Assembly: GCA_963664815.2 (NCBI GenBank)
Contig: CAXXHB010000003.1
Location: forward strand, 1,760,001 to 1,824,000
Direction: 5' to 3'
DNA length: 64,000 bases
DNA from: Spirochaetota bacterium
GTDB lineage: Bacteria; Spirochaetota; UBA4802; UBA5550
Positions 1 to 11,367 of the stretch are shown here, piece by piece (the first letter of the stretch is position 1; each line of letters opens with the position of its first letter). The position numbers were made by a program, and so were the translations under genes. Below the pieces are notes generated by a model that was given only the letters and a program-made list of their open reading frames with translations, had not been told where the DNA came from and ran no database searches.

Positions 1-13
1 AAACGCTGCTGAA

Positions 14-1786
14 ATGATCAACATTCTTAAAATGATCGCTCTGGCATCAGTAATAATGGTTATTGTTTTAACGCTGACAGCTTACCTGCTGTCTGAATAT
101 TTAACAAACAATGAAAGAGCTGAGTTGTATAATGATATATTGAAATCCGGTGAAATGATTAAACCTCACATCCTTTTCAGTATGAAGGTAAATTTCAACT
201 ATGTTGTTATCATTACCATTATTATTCTTTTTATATATGCTTCGTTGTTTGAGAGAATGAAGACTTTCAGCGGCAATACAATGGTTGTTTTATTATTTAT
301 TCTTTTTGCTGCCATCCTTACCACTCTGATTACACGTGTTAATACAAATTCAATACTCAGAATTTTAAATGATATGGCAAGGGTAACGCGTGATATTACC
401 GAGGGTAAGCGTGCCGGATACCAGATATTGTCTCTTGGAAAAGAGTTTTCAACAATAGAATATGCTCTGATGAAAATGGCCTGGGAGATAGATGAGCATA
501 GAAAAAACCTTGAGGTAAAAGTACAGGAACGAACGGAAGAGCTTGAGAAGGCATTGACGGATCTGAAGATTAAGGATGATCAGATTCAGAAGCAGCTTGA
601 CATGGCCAGTGTAATACAGAGAAGTATTTTGCCTACAAAAATAGATGACTGGAATGAGTTAAAATTTTCTGTCAGATACAACGCAATGGAAAAAATTGGT
701 GGAGATTTCTATGATGTTTTCCAGCTTAAGGACAATAAAATAGGGATACTGATAGCAGACGTATCCGGCCATGGAATACCGGCAGCACTTGTAACCGCTA
801 TGGCAAAAATTTCCTTTGGAAATGCGGGATTTATCTCTGATTCGCCAAAGAGAATTTTTCAGGATGTAAATAAAAACATTATCGATCACATGAAAACACA
901 GGATTATATGACCTGCTTTATGGCGGTTATTGATGATGATTACAATATAACCTATTCAAATGCGAGTCACCAGAAGGCAATTATTTACCGGAAGGAAACC
1001 GGAACTGTCGAGCTGCTGGATACTAATGGTCTTTTCATAGGGGCTCTTGAAGAAGCGCGTGATACATATGAAGAAAAAACAACTAAACTTGAATATGGAG
1101 ACAGGCTTATTCTGTACACCGATGGAATACCTGAGGCGCAGAACAGAAACAGGGAAGAGTATTCAAATGAAAATTTTGAAAAGTCCATATTAAAATACAG
1201 GGATCAGAATCTTGAAGAATTTACCGAGGCCATTCTCCGTGATGTTAATAATCATATTGGAGAAATGGGGGCAATAGATGATATATCCCTGCTCATAGTT
1301 GAACTTGTTTCAGATGAAGCTATTGACCTTATAAAAAATTCAAAGAAACTGGTTAATAATCATAAATATCTTGATGCGATAGAGCTTCTTGAAAATGGTC
1401 TTGAAAAATATCCTGAGAACCAGAAGATTCTTTATAATCTTGGAAAAAATTATTTCAGGGTGAATAACTATAATAAAGCAGTACAGATTCTTGAAAAGTA
1501 TATCAGGAAAGATAAAAAGAATAAATTTGCGTTTTATGTTAATGGCGCGTCACATTACCAGATGATGGATTTTAAAAAAGCCATAGAAAATTTTATTGCC
1601 GCAATCCAGATAGATCCCAATATGTCCAATGCACTTTTTGCACTTGGTATGTCATATAAAAACTTCGGCGATTATGATACCGCTGTTCAGACATTTGAGA
1701 GAGTCATCAATATTGATGCTGATAACAAGATGGCTCTTTTTGAAATTAAACAGATTGAAAAGCTTAAAAGTGGAACAATCGCCTGA
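14..1786 (+). CDS. Membrane PP2C/SpoIIE (RsbU-like) phosphatase with HAMP-like linker and C-terminal TPRs; may begin upstream of the window
   Basis: N-terminal TM helices; GGDFYD, IADVSGHG, LYTDGI and DDIS motifs; TPR-like helices at the C-terminus; frame open to the window edge. Confidence 0.88.
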   Translation: MINILKMIALASVIMVIVLTLTAYLLSEYLTNNERAELYNDILKSGEMIKPHILFSMKVNFNYVVIITIIILFIYASLFERMKTFSGNTMVVLLFILFAAILTTLITRVNTNSILRILNDMARVTRDITEGKRAGYQILSLGKEFSTIEYALMKMAWEIDEHRKNLEVKVQERTEELEKALTDLKIKDDQIQKQLDMASVIQRSILPTKIDDWNELKFSVRYNAMEKIGGDFYDVFQLKDNKIGILIADVSGHGIPAALVTAMAKISFGNAGFISDSPKRIFQDVNKNIIDHMKTQDYMTCFMAVIDDDYNITYSNASHQKAIIYRKETGTVELLDTNGLFIGALEEARDTYEEKTTKLEYGDRLILYTDGIPEAQNRNREEYSNENFEKSILKYRDQNLEEFTEAILRDVNNHIGEMGAIDDISLLIVELVSDEAIDLIKNSKKLVNNHKYLDAIELLENGLEKYPENQKILYNLGKNYFRVNNYNKAVQILEKYIRKDKKNKFAFYVNGASHYQMMDFKKAIENFIAAIQIDPNMSNALFALGMSYKNFGDYDTAVQTFERVINIDADNKMALFEIKQIEKLKSGTIA

Positions 1787-1925
1787 TAGGGATTGCAGCA
1801 TAAATCAGAGCAGATGTTCATAGAAACGGACAGGTTATCACAGGCTGTTGTAATTATGCTTTATTTAAGCCCTGTTTTTTAGACATTTTTATAAAAATAA
1901 CTATTCTTCAAGAACCACTGGCAAT

Positions 1926-2972
1926 ATGAAAAAAAATATAAAAGACCTTGATTACAATGAAGTTATCTCAGTAATAAATGATTTCGGAGAAAAAGAATAC
2001 AGGGCAAAGCTTCTATTTATCTGGCTTTATGAGAAAAACATTACCGATTTTGATGAGATGACAAATTTTTCAAAGGAACTCCGGGGAAAATTTGATCAGA
2101 GATATATGATATCACCATTAACTCTGGAAGACCGTAAAATCTCTGTGATAGACGGAACAGAAAAATTTCTTTTCAGGACCATTGATAATAATTATATAGA
2201 AAGCGTTTTGATTAAAAGTGATGGGAGTGACGACAGCAGACTGACTATCTGTATATCATCACAGATAGGATGTCCCATGGGATGCAAATTCTGTGAAACT
2301 GCAAAAATCGGTTATATCAGAAATCTTTCAACCGGAGAGATTCTTGATCAGATTTGCCAGGTAAGGCGTATTACAGGGTTGTTTAATAACAACATTGTGT
2401 TTATGGGTATGGGTGAACCGCTGTTAAATTATGATAATGTTTTAAAAGCTGCAGATATAATGAATTATTCCTTTGGCTTTCATTTGTCTGTAAGGAAAAT
2501 TACAATTTCTACAAGCGGCATTATGCCTGCCATTGAAAGGTTTATTGATGAAAAAAGGCCTTATAATATGGCACTGTCATTAAATGATACAGAATCTGAT
2601 AAGAGGATTATCCATATGCCTGTTGAAAAAAAATATCCTTTTAAAAGTATTGCATCTATGCTGAATAACAAATTCCCCGTATCAAGAAACAGACTGACGA
2701 TAGAATATATTATGAGAAAAGATAATATTTCAGTTGAAGATGCGAAAAGGCTGAAAAAGATGTTTAAATATGCACGGGTAAAGTTGAATCTTATAACTCT
2801 TAATCCAGGCAATCATAATCTTTCTATACCGGATAAATCGGAAATTGATGCGTTTGTTAATGAACTTGAAATAATGAATGTGCCGGTTAATATAAGAAAA
2901 AGCATGGGGAGCGATATCTCAGGAGCATGCGGACAACTGTCGGGTAAAAAATATAATCTGGGTAATCAATAG
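1926..2972 (+). CDS. rlmN: 23S rRNA m2A2503/tRNA methyltransferase RlmN
   Basis: CISSQIGCPMGCKFC, FMGMGEP and DISGACGQL motifs. Confidence 0.95.
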   Translation: MKKNIKDLDYNEVISVINDFGEKEYRAKLLFIWLYEKNITDFDEMTNFSKELRGKFDQRYMISPLTLEDRKISVIDGTEKFLFRTIDNNYIESVLIKSDGSDDSRLTICISSQIGCPMGCKFCETAKIGYIRNLSTGEILDQICQVRRITGLFNNNIVFMGMGEPLLNYDNVLKAADIMNYSFGFHLSVRKITISTSGIMPAIERFIDEKRPYNMALSLNDTESDKRIIHMPVEKKYPFKSIASMLNNKFPVSRNRLTIEYIMRKDNISVEDAKRLKKMFKYARVKLNLITLNPGNHNLSIPDKSEIDAFVNELEIMNVPVNIRKSMGSDISGACGQLSGKKYNLGNQ

Positions 2973-5227
2973 TGAAACAAACGGTAATGTTGATATTAAA
3001 GTGGGTATTAAACCATAAAAAACTTTTATTTTTTCAGCTTCCATTGACCATCGTGGTACTGATGATTTTATATTCCGGTTATATATATATACAATGGATG
3101 GGAGATAAGACAAAAGCGCTCGATAAACTTGCAAGGTATAAAACTCTGATTGATAGAACGGAGGAGATAAAAAAGGGTTATCCTTATACAAGAAACGAAA
3201 TAGAAACCGGGGCAAAAGTTGTCGACATCCCTACCCGGATTTATGACAGAAACGGTGAGGTAATAGGCGAGTTTTTTGAGGAGAAGAGAGAAATAGTCCC
3301 ATTCGATTTCATTCCTGATTCTCTTGTAAATGGTGTTATAGCAAGCGAGGACAGGGATTTTTATAATCATAAAGGTATAAGTTATACCGGTATTTTCAGG
3401 GCTTTTATAAAGAACATAATCAATTTTCATGTGGTTCAGGGTGGGAGTACCCTTACGCAACAGCTTGCAAAAGTTCTTTTTACCGACATGGAGAGAAATT
3501 TAAAGCGTAAGATATATGAGGCTTACTGTGCGGTGGAAATTGAAAAGCTTTATGATAAAGAAGATATACTCTCAATGTATCTGAATCTGATATATTTCGG
3601 GAATGGCTCGTATGGTGTTGAATCCACTGCAAAAATGTATTTTGGCAAATCGGTCAGAGAACTGGATCTTACAGAGTCGATGATGATTGTTGCTACAATT
3701 TCCAATCCCGGAATATATTCCCCGCTCACCAGCCTTAACAATTCGTTAAATAAAACAAGGAGAATAATTGAATCATACAGCGACGCAGGTTATCTGAAAA
3801 GGGAGCAGATAGATTTATTGCTCAACGAGTTCAAAAAAAAATGGGGAGTTGTTTATGAAAACAGTATGCCTGTAAAATCGAGAATCGGAAGCTTCATCTA
3901 CAGTTCGTACAGAATAAACAGATCACCTTTTTTTAATGAAAAAATCAGAAGGGATCTTGTTGAGAGATTCGGTGAGGAGAGTGTAAAGAGCGGTGGTTTG
4001 TCGGTATATACAACAATCGATCTTCAGAAACAGGAGATAGCATCAAGAACTCTGCATAAAGGAATTCTGGCACAGCGTGAATACCATATAAAAATTTCCA
4101 GGGGACTTAAAAATCTGGTTGCCGCGCGCAAAGAGTTTGAAAAATCCACAAATATAGAGGGGGCATTAATATCACTCGATCCATTCACAGGGGAAATCCT
4201 TTCATATGTAGGCGGATATGAATTTACAACGGAGAATCAGAATGATAATGTTTATCAGACAAGAAGACAACCCGGTTCATCAATTAAACCAATAGTTTAT
4301 GCCGCTGCAATAGAGGATAAGCGGATCACACCATCATCGATATTTACAGACAAACTGATTACATATAAAAACAACTATACTCCACAAAACTACAGTAATA
4401 CATTTTCCGGTGATATAATTATTCGCCAGGCTATAATAAAATCGCTTAATACAATCGCGGTCCAGGTTCTGGATAAAACAGGTTATGACAGGATCTTTTC
4501 CTATATACAGAAATCTTTATCACTTTCAGGCAGTGAAATGGATAAACGGTTCGGGAAAACATTATCATTTGCCCTTGGAGCTTATGAAATGTCGCCGCTG
4601 GAAAACGCCACACTTCAGGCCATTCTTATAAATGGCGGTGAATTGATAATACCATATGGTATAAAAAACGTGAAGGATTATAATGGAAATATTATATGGG
4701 ATAACGAAAAGGAGCATTCGGAGAAACTTGCTTCGGGAAGAGAGAATACAGGAAAAATAATCGATCCGGCTGCAGCAAGAATTACTCTTTCCATGCTTGA
4801 GGGCGTTAAAGAACCTGATTCCACGGTATACTGGCTGGTGAAAAAATATGGTATAAATTTCCCATGTGCCGGTAAAACCGGGACAAGCTCTAATTATATT
4901 GATGCATGGTTTGTGGGATATAACCAGGATATGGTAACTGCAATCTGGATCGGAAACAAGGCGGGATCCGTTTCTCTCGGTTCCGGAAGATCTGCGAGCG
5001 GTGTTGTGGCGCCGGTCTGGGCGGAATATATATCTGAAGTCTACAGAGAAAAAAAGCCTCCGAATTTTAAATCAGACATTGAGAATATAACATCTGAAAC
5101 AATATGTCTGGACAGTGGAGAAGTCGCCGGTCGGAATGGTGAATGTCCAAAGACAGCAGTTCAGCTGTTTTATTCAGGCTCAGAACCTGGTAAATTTTGC
5201 GGGATACACGTTAAGCAGAATCAGTAA
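2972..5227 (+). CDS. Class A penicillin-binding protein (transglycosylase-transpeptidase)
   Basis: SEDRDFYNHKG and QGGSTLTQQLAK (GT51); QPGSSIK (SxxK), SLN and GKTGT; GTG start. Confidence 0.92.
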   Translation: MKQTVMLILKWVLNHKKLLFFQLPLTIVVLMILYSGYIYIQWMGDKTKALDKLARYKTLIDRTEEIKKGYPYTRNEIETGAKVVDIPTRIYDRNGEVIGEFFEEKREIVPFDFIPDSLVNGVIASEDRDFYNHKGISYTGIFRAFIKNIINFHVVQGGSTLTQQLAKVLFTDMERNLKRKIYEAYCAVEIEKLYDKEDILSMYLNLIYFGNGSYGVESTAKMYFGKSVRELDLTESMMIVATISNPGIYSPLTSLNNSLNKTRRIIESYSDAGYLKREQIDLLLNEFKKKWGVVYENSMPVKSRIGSFIYSSYRINRSPFFNEKIRRDLVERFGEESVKSGGLSVYTTIDLQKQEIASRTLHKGILAQREYHIKISRGLKNLVAARKEFEKSTNIEGALISLDPFTGEILSYVGGYEFTTENQNDNVYQTRRQPGSSIKPIVYAAAIEDKRITPSSIFTDKLITYKNNYTPQNYSNTFSGDIIIRQAIIKSLNTIAVQVLDKTGYDRIFSYIQKSLSLSGSEMDKRFGKTLSFALGAYEMSPLENATLQAILINGGELIIPYGIKNVKDYNGNIIWDNEKEHSEKLASGRENTGKIIDPAAARITLSMLEGVKEPDSTVYWLVKKYGINFPCAGKTGTSSNYIDAWFVGYNQDMVTAIWIGNKAGSVSLGSGRSASGVVAPVWAEYISEVYREKKPPNFKSDIENITSETICLDSGEVAGRNGECPKTAVQLFYSGSEPGKFCGIHVKQNQ

Positions 5228-5237
5228 TGGAGATACT

Positions 5238-6095
5238 ATGAACAGTAAACTTTTATTATATTCAATAATAATTCTGGCTATATCAAACTTATCATTCAGG
5301 TGGCCGGTTAAAAACGGCATTATTACTTCAACCTTTGGTGAATCACGTGGTGATCACTTTCACGATGGAGTGGATGTTATAAGTCCTGACGATAATGTCA
5401 ATCCTGTGGATAAGGGAACGCTGCTGTATGTATGGAACAAATCATTTTTTCCGCTGGATAATTACTGGGGTGGCGGAAATTTCAAGGTATTGGAGCACGA
5501 TAACGGAATTATATCTGTTTATATGCATCTTCAGGATGTAGATAATTTAAAACAGATATATGGCGATGCCGATATAATCGGGCAGATAGGAAATACCGGT
5601 CACTCTTACGGGAGACATCTGCATTTTTCTTTACTCAACCTGCAGAAGAGAGAATCTATTAATCCTTTGACAGTAATGCCCCCCTATATCGACAGGAAAG
5701 CGCCGGAAATAATGAATTTCTACTTAAAAATTGAAAAAAGGTATATAAGGATCAATGGTAATTCAGATATACGTCTGACAAAGCATTATCCTCTTTTAGT
5801 TGAGATAAAAGATACAATAAAGGGAAATGAAAATCTTGGACTATACAGTATTAAAGCTGTATTCAACGGGAAGGAGGTATTGAACTATGATACAGGGAAT
5901 ATCGGTTATTCATCAGGTGGACTGGTTATAAAAGGAAAGACTTATAGCGAGCTGTTTGATGAAAAGGGATATTATAAAATTGATGGTATTGTATATAAAG
6001 AGGGTATTAATAATATCTCGGTTGTGGCTTCTGATTTCAACGGGAATTCTTCAGAAAAGAATTTTACTTTCAATGTAAACCTTGACATGCAGTAA
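5238..6095 (+). CDS. M23 family metallopeptidase, secreted
   Basis: HDGVD, YMHL and GNTGHSYGRHLHF; ATG 5238 follows GGAG and encodes a signal peptide. Confidence 0.88.
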   Translation: MNSKLLLYSIIILAISNLSFRWPVKNGIITSTFGESRGDHFHDGVDVISPDDNVNPVDKGTLLYVWNKSFFPLDNYWGGGNFKVLEHDNGIISVYMHLQDVDNLKQIYGDADIIGQIGNTGHSYGRHLHFSLLNLQKRESINPLTVMPPYIDRKAPEIMNFYLKIEKRYIRINGNSDIRLTKHYPLLVEIKDTIKGNENLGLYSIKAVFNGKEVLNYDTGNIGYSSGGLVIKGKTYSELFDEKGYYKIDGIVYKEGINNISVVASDFNGNSSEKNFTFNVNLDMQ

Positions 6096-6127
6096 TAATG
6101 TCATCATTTCTGCTTATCGGAGGTCGC

Positions 6128-6553
6128 ATGTTGGAAAACAAACTGTCACTATTAAGAAGGACAAGAGGCATAAAGCAATATGACCTGGCCAGAACACTGG
6201 AAGTTTCTCCTTCTTTTCTCTGCAAAATAGAGAAAGGGCTGCAGGAACCAACAGATGTTTTCAAAAATAAATGTGCTGCTTATTTTGATCAAAACGCGGA
6301 ATTGATTTTCTCGGTGCAGGAAAATAAAGATGACCTTATAAGTGGAGATGAATTCACGGCGAATAATCTCTGGGCTGTGAGATTGAAAAAAAATATCAAG
6401 CAGAATAAACTGGCTGAGCTTATTGGGTGTTCTCCGTCATATTTATCTAAAATTGAAAAAGGATTGCAGAAGCCAAACGGATTATTTAAAAAAAAATGTG
6501 CTAAAATCCTTAAGACAAAAGAGATAGAACTTTTTCCTTCTGATAAACCCTGA
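6128..6553 (+). CDS. Tandem XRE-family HTH regulator
   Basis: Two similar HTH units (SPSFLCKIEKGLQEP / SPSYLSKIEKGLQKP); GGAGG before ATG 6128. Confidence 0.85.
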   Translation: MLENKLSLLRRTRGIKQYDLARTLEVSPSFLCKIEKGLQEPTDVFKNKCAAYFDQNAELIFSVQENKDDLISGDEFTANNLWAVRLKKNIKQNKLAELIGCSPSYLSKIEKGLQKPNGLFKKKCAKILKTKEIELFPSDKP

Positions 6554-6555
6554 CC

Positions 6556-7815
6556 ATGAATTATATCTTTTTACATATCGCCTTCCTGATTATTTTTTTA
6601 TTGCTCTCTGCTTTTTTCTCCGGAACAGAAACGGCGCTTTTCTCTTTAAAAAAAGCTGATCTCCACAGATTTTCAGAATCAAAAAATAAAAGAGAAAATT
6701 TAATAGCCAGGATAATGATGACGCCTGAAAAAATACTGATTACGCTGCTTATTGGAAACATGTTTGTCAACTTTGCATTAACTGCTCTTGCAACTAATTT
6801 TATGCTGAGTTATTTCGGCCATTACGGTCACATAATAACTATAGCATTTGTTACACCCTTAATAATCATACTCTCGGAAATAACTCCCAAAATTGTAGCT
6901 ATCAATATGTATCATTCGATGAGCAAAAATTTTTTTCCATTTATAAATCTGTTCCATAACATTATATCCCCTCTCCGATATTGTATTATTTTCATTTCAG
7001 ACATTCTTATTAAAATACTTAATCTTAATCTTCAGTATGGCAATATGACTGAGGATGAACTTGGTCATGTTATAACAACCGGAGAGAAACAGGGTTTAAT
7101 AAATAAACAGGAAAGCGAGATTTTAAAAAATGTTCTGCGGTTCAGCAGAAAAGAAGCATCGAATATTATGTACCCGAGAAACCAGGCGATATTTGTTGAG
7201 TATGGTTCAACGATTATGGAGGCAATGCTTCTGATACTTGAAAATGATGTTGTAAGAATTCCGGTTTATAAAAATGATATCGATAATATAATAGGAGTTA
7301 TTGATTCAAGAGATATGATCTCCCCGTACATCGGAAGAAAAAAAATGCTGATAAACAAATATATCAGACCGATAGACTTCTTCCCTTTTTCCAGAGATCT
7401 CAATGATTTACTCAGGGATTTCTTATCAAAAAAAATACAGATAGCCATTATTGTAGATGAATATGGCGGGACAGCAGGTGTTGCTACGCTGAATTCAATT
7501 TTATCTGCATTGCTGGGTAAGGATTTCGGTAAGTGGGAAAATTTCAAAAGAGAGATGGTGAGAAATGTCGGAGAGAATAATTATATCGTTTACGGGGAGA
7601 TGCAGCTTGATGACTTTAATACCTTCTTTAATCTGAATATTTCCAGCAATAATTCTGACACTATCGGAGGGTATGTGATTGAAGAATTACTGTCAATACC
7701 TGATAAAGGGGATTCTTTGATAATTGAGAACCTGGAACTGAGAATTAAAAGTGTAGTCAAGCGAACAATTAAAACTATGGAAGTTAAACGCATAGAACAG
7801 AAAAGGAATAATTAA
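6556..7815 (+). CDS. CNNM/HlyC-CorC family (DUF21-CBS-CorC) transporter
   Basis: SAFFSGTETA, EITPK, VDEYGGTAG and TIGG. Confidence 0.9.
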   Translation: MNYIFLHIAFLIIFLLLSAFFSGTETALFSLKKADLHRFSESKNKRENLIARIMMTPEKILITLLIGNMFVNFALTALATNFMLSYFGHYGHIITIAFVTPLIIILSEITPKIVAINMYHSMSKNFFPFINLFHNIISPLRYCIIFISDILIKILNLNLQYGNMTEDELGHVITTGEKQGLINKQESEILKNVLRFSRKEASNIMYPRNQAIFVEYGSTIMEAMLLILENDVVRIPVYKNDIDNIIGVIDSRDMISPYIGRKKMLINKYIRPIDFFPFSRDLNDLLRDFLSKKIQIAIIVDEYGGTAGVATLNSILSALLGKDFGKWENFKREMVRNVGENNYIVYGEMQLDDFNTFFNLNISSNNSDTIGGYVIEELLSIPDKGDSLIIENLELRIKSVVKRTIKTMEVKRIEQKRNN

Positions 7816-9071
7816 TGTCAGGATTATTTTTTTATCAGCTGATTATTGTTATATTTGCTGTATCATCTGCATTTTTTTCATGCATAGAAACTGCTATAAT
7901 ATCATCAAGAAGAATAACCATAGAAACATTGAGCAGGAAAGGAAATACCAGTGCAACCAGAAGCTTAAAAATTCTGGATAATCTGGAAGATGCTATCGGG
8001 ATGGTGTTGATAGGGAATAATATTTCTAATATTGCGGCTACAGCTTTCATCACTTATATTATAACAAAAGTTTATTCATGTAATGATACCCAGATAATTC
8101 TTATTACAATAATCCAGACTTTATTTTTCCTGATTTTTTGCGAGATATCTCCCAAAATTGTTTCGAAGGGGAATGCAGATTCATTTTTAATGTTTTTTTC
8201 GTTACCAATACTCTGGATGATGAAACTGTTCAGACCGGTAATAAAAGTCTCCCTTTTCTTTTCAGAAGCTTTAACGGGCATATTCAGGATTAAATCGGGA
8301 GAAGTTTCACCGATTAAAAGCCGGGACGATATTGCTACATTCATTTCAATAGGGAGGAAGGAGGGGATCATCGATGAAGAAAAAAATCTTTATCTTTCAG
8401 AAATACTTTCATTTAAAAATGCGCATGCATATGAGATTATGATTCCAGCTGTTGATATAGTTTCTGTTGACGCAAATGAAACTTTAAAGAATATAATAGC
8501 AGTAATTGAAAAAACAAGATTTTCCAGGATTCCGGTCTATAAAAACAGGGAGGATAATTTTACCGGTTATATTTATTACAGGGATATTTTAAAAAATCCT
8601 GACAGTAAAATTGAAGATATCATTATTGATCCGGTATTTATCCCTGAAACAAAAAACGTTTTTGAAATATATAACAAGATGCAGAAAGAGCATATTCCGC
8701 TGTTATTTGTAATAGATGAGTATGGTAATACTACAGGAATGCTCACTTTTGAAGATATTGCCGAAGAGATTGTCGGAGAAATACAGACTGATGATCATCC
8801 TTCAGAAAATATAATTACACGGCTGAATGATAAAAGATTTAAACTAAGCGGACGTCTTGATATCGATTATTTTCAGAGATATTTCAACATTGAGATTAAT
8901 AAAAAGCATTTTGAAACTCTCGGTGGATTTATCATGAGCCTGACCGGTGATATTCCCCAGAAAGGGGAACATGTAAAATTTAAAGAGTATGAATTTATTA
9001 TTGAAGAAACCGGATTAAAAACTGTCGATAAGGTTTTATTTATCCTGCCAAAGAACAGAAGCAGGAATTAA
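7815..9071 (+). CDS. Second CNNM/HlyC-CorC family protein
   Basis: SAFFSCIETA, EISPK, FSRIPVY, IDEYG, EDIAEEIVGEI; start overlaps the upstream stop. Confidence 0.9.
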   Translation: MSGLFFYQLIIVIFAVSSAFFSCIETAIISSRRITIETLSRKGNTSATRSLKILDNLEDAIGMVLIGNNISNIAATAFITYIITKVYSCNDTQIILITIIQTLFFLIFCEISPKIVSKGNADSFLMFFSLPILWMMKLFRPVIKVSLFFSEALTGIFRIKSGEVSPIKSRDDIATFISIGRKEGIIDEEKNLYLSEILSFKNAHAYEIMIPAVDIVSVDANETLKNIIAVIEKTRFSRIPVYKNREDNFTGYIYYRDILKNPDSKIEDIIIDPVFIPETKNVFEIYNKMQKEHIPLLFVIDEYGNTTGMLTFEDIAEEIVGEIQTDDHPSENIITRLNDKRFKLSGRLDIDYFQRYFNIEINKKHFETLGGFIMSLTGDIPQKGEHVKFKEYEFIIEETGLKTVDKVLFILPKNRSRN

Positions 9072-9159
9072 TTTGAGTAATTATTTCCTGAAAAATTGTT
9101 TGATGCTTAATTAAGCAGGATTATTCCTATTTTAAAACAGGGTGTTGAAATCAGTTGTT

Positions 9160-9507
9160 TTATTCTGACAGCATAGGGCCCAGATTTTTTTTACCACCAA
9201 GAATATGAAGATGAAGATGGAATACTTCCTGCCCAGCCGCACGCCCGTTATTTATTATCAGCCGATAACCATTTTCCGTAAGATTCCTTATTTTCGCAAT
9301 TTCTTTAACTGCTTCAAACATTTCCGAGATAATATCTTTATCGGCTTGAGAAATATCTTCAATTGAGGCTATATGTTTTTTCGGGATTACAAGTATATGT
9401 TCCGGAGCAGCCGGATTTATATCATTGAACGCTGAAATAGTTTCAGATTCATATATTAACTGTGAAGGGATTTCTTTTGCAGCAATCTTGCAAAAAATGC
9501 AATTCAT
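9160..9507 (-). CDS. HIT family (histidine triad) nucleotide-binding protein
   Basis: CIFCKI and GQEVFHLHLHILGG. Confidence 0.95.
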   Translation of the reverse strand: MNCIFCKIAAKEIPSQLIYESETISAFNDINPAAPEHILVIPKKHIASIEDISQADKDIISEMFEAVKEIAKIRNLTENGYRLIINNGRAAGQEVFHLHLHILGGKKNLGPMLSE

Positions 9508-9560
9508 ATTTATATTCTCCGGTTTATCAGATTCTGGTTGTATTATATAAAATATTATAA

Positions 9561-10283
9561 TTAATTACATTTTTGATATATATAATCAATTATATCATGT
9601 TTAAATTTATCTTTCTGGTCCTGATCAAGGGTTTTTATATGATTATCAATCATCTGTTTTATCTTATCCAGTTCAGATGTATTATCAATATTTTGTTTAA
9701 AATCAGCTTCAATTATAAATGGTACAGGAGAGACTTTGTCATAATTTTTATCTTCATATTCCTTCAGGCTGTTTTGACCTGATTGAAGATGATATTTTAA
9801 ATTTTCTATAATATGATTTATTTTACCGATTTCAGTGTTATATAGTTTAAGAGTGGAATTTTCATTGTATATCCCTATGGAGAACTTCAGTTTATCGGCT
9901 TCAAAATAATCCTGTTCAAAAATTATTCTGATTCTGTTTTTATCATTACTGCTCTTTTTCCATGTATGTTTAGCAACCCTAAATGCTCCATCGGTTTCAA
10001 TTGCCGACAGATTCTTTGTTTTAATAAAGTTATTATATTCACTGATATCAATTGATATGTTATATTCAGTCGCAATCATAAACATGATTTTTTTAACCGG
10101 AAATTTTTTAAAAAAATCGTAAGCTTTTTCTTTGTCCTGTCCCATCAGTATGAAATCGAATTCAGAAAAATAAAATTTTTTATCCTGCAGTTTATTAATG
10201 TTCTCCCTGGTATTGAAAAAGCATCCTGAAGAGACAAATAGAATGAATGACAATGTAAGAATTTTAACGAATCTAGTTTTCAT
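9561..10283 (-). CDS. Hypothetical lipoprotein
   Basis: Signal peptide MKTRFVKILTLSFILFVSSGC from ATG 10283. Confidence 0.6.
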   Translation of the reverse strand: MKTRFVKILTLSFILFVSSGCFFNTRENINKLQDKKFYFSEFDFILMGQDKEKAYDFFKKFPVKKIMFMIATEYNISIDISEYNNFIKTKNLSAIETDGAFRVAKHTWKKSSNDKNRIRIIFEQDYFEADKLKFSIGIYNENSTLKLYNTEIGKINHIIENLKYHLQSGQNSLKEYEDKNYDKVSPVPFIIEADFKQNIDNTSELDKIKQMIDNHIKTLDQDQKDKFKHDIIDYIYQKCN

Positions 10284-10989
10284 AAACGTGATCACCTGAA
10301 AAATTTTATAAAAAACCGGCGGTAAAGAAAAACGCCGATAAACAAACATATGCAATGGCAGCCCGAAACTAGAAGACGAAACTCTCCGTATATTAGATGA
10401 CATTGTAGATGTCATCAGCCGGAATTTACATTGTTAATATATGGATAAACATCTTAACTGGTTACTTCTGTTTTTATGATTTATTTTTCATTGAAAGATG
10501 AAAAATAAATCAGTGAGCCATAAAAAGAGCTGACATCTTTTTAATTATAAGAAAACAATCAATGATATCATATTTTTTAATTTGTTATAATTCATATCTC
10601 TGTTTGTCAAGTTCAATGCATATAGTATCTGGTTTAATTTATTTTATTTTCAATAAAAGAAAGAGTAATTTCTGAAATATGCATTGTTCCTGTAATATAG
10701 TGTTCGGTTGCTGTTTAAATTTGATTTGATAAAAGTTTTTTGTAATTTTGTGAGGTTTCAGTGTATATGGATTAATTTTGAACACTGTTTTAAAATTATT
10801 CAGATAATAATTAATTTTATAATTGAAATTTTAGAGAATAATAGCAATATAAAAAAATTTTAAAATCAGCTCATGAGTTTTTTAGTAACAGAATTGTGAT
10901 ACATGTGATATAATTAGGAAAAGGCGGTAGTAAAAAAAGATTTAATGATGTTTCTGTATAGTATATCATTGAAATAAAAAGAGGAGATC

Positions 10990-11364
10990 ATGGAAAATAA
11001 CATTAAATTTACATCCAGCTACAATTCATCTGACAAAATACTCATTGGTAAAGTTGAATTAACATCTATTGGCAGAGAAGATGCCAGGTCAGTTTATGAT
11101 CTGACTATAGAAGGAATTAATCTTTATCCGGATTATAGCGATTATATTCTGGATTCAACTAATGTGTCAGATGTTACAACTGATTCAGTAGGGTATTTAA
11201 TGAAAGTGTTACCGTCTGTCAGAAAGACGGCCGGTTATATGATACTTGTAATGAAGGAAAATGTACTGCAAAAATTTATGATATCAAATCCTGAAATGTT
11301 TGATTTTTATGCTGTATTTTTTACAATTGATGATGCTGTGAAATACATTAAGTCAAAAAGATAA
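10990..11364 (+). CDS. STAS/anti-sigma-antagonist-like small protein
   Basis: Strong GAGGAG RBS; ILDSTNVSDVTTDSVGYL and VFFTIDDAV resemble the STAS pattern. Confidence 0.55.
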   Translation: MENNIKFTSSYNSSDKILIGKVELTSIGREDARSVYDLTIEGINLYPDYSDYILDSTNVSDVTTDSVGYLMKVLPSVRKTAGYMILVMKENVLQKFMISNPEMFDFYAVFFTIDDAVKYIKSKR

Positions 11365-11367
11365 ATA

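Noticed and set aside
1830-1845. DnaA box (TTATCACAG)
   Set aside because: It does not fit TTWTNCACA and is a single isolated copy.
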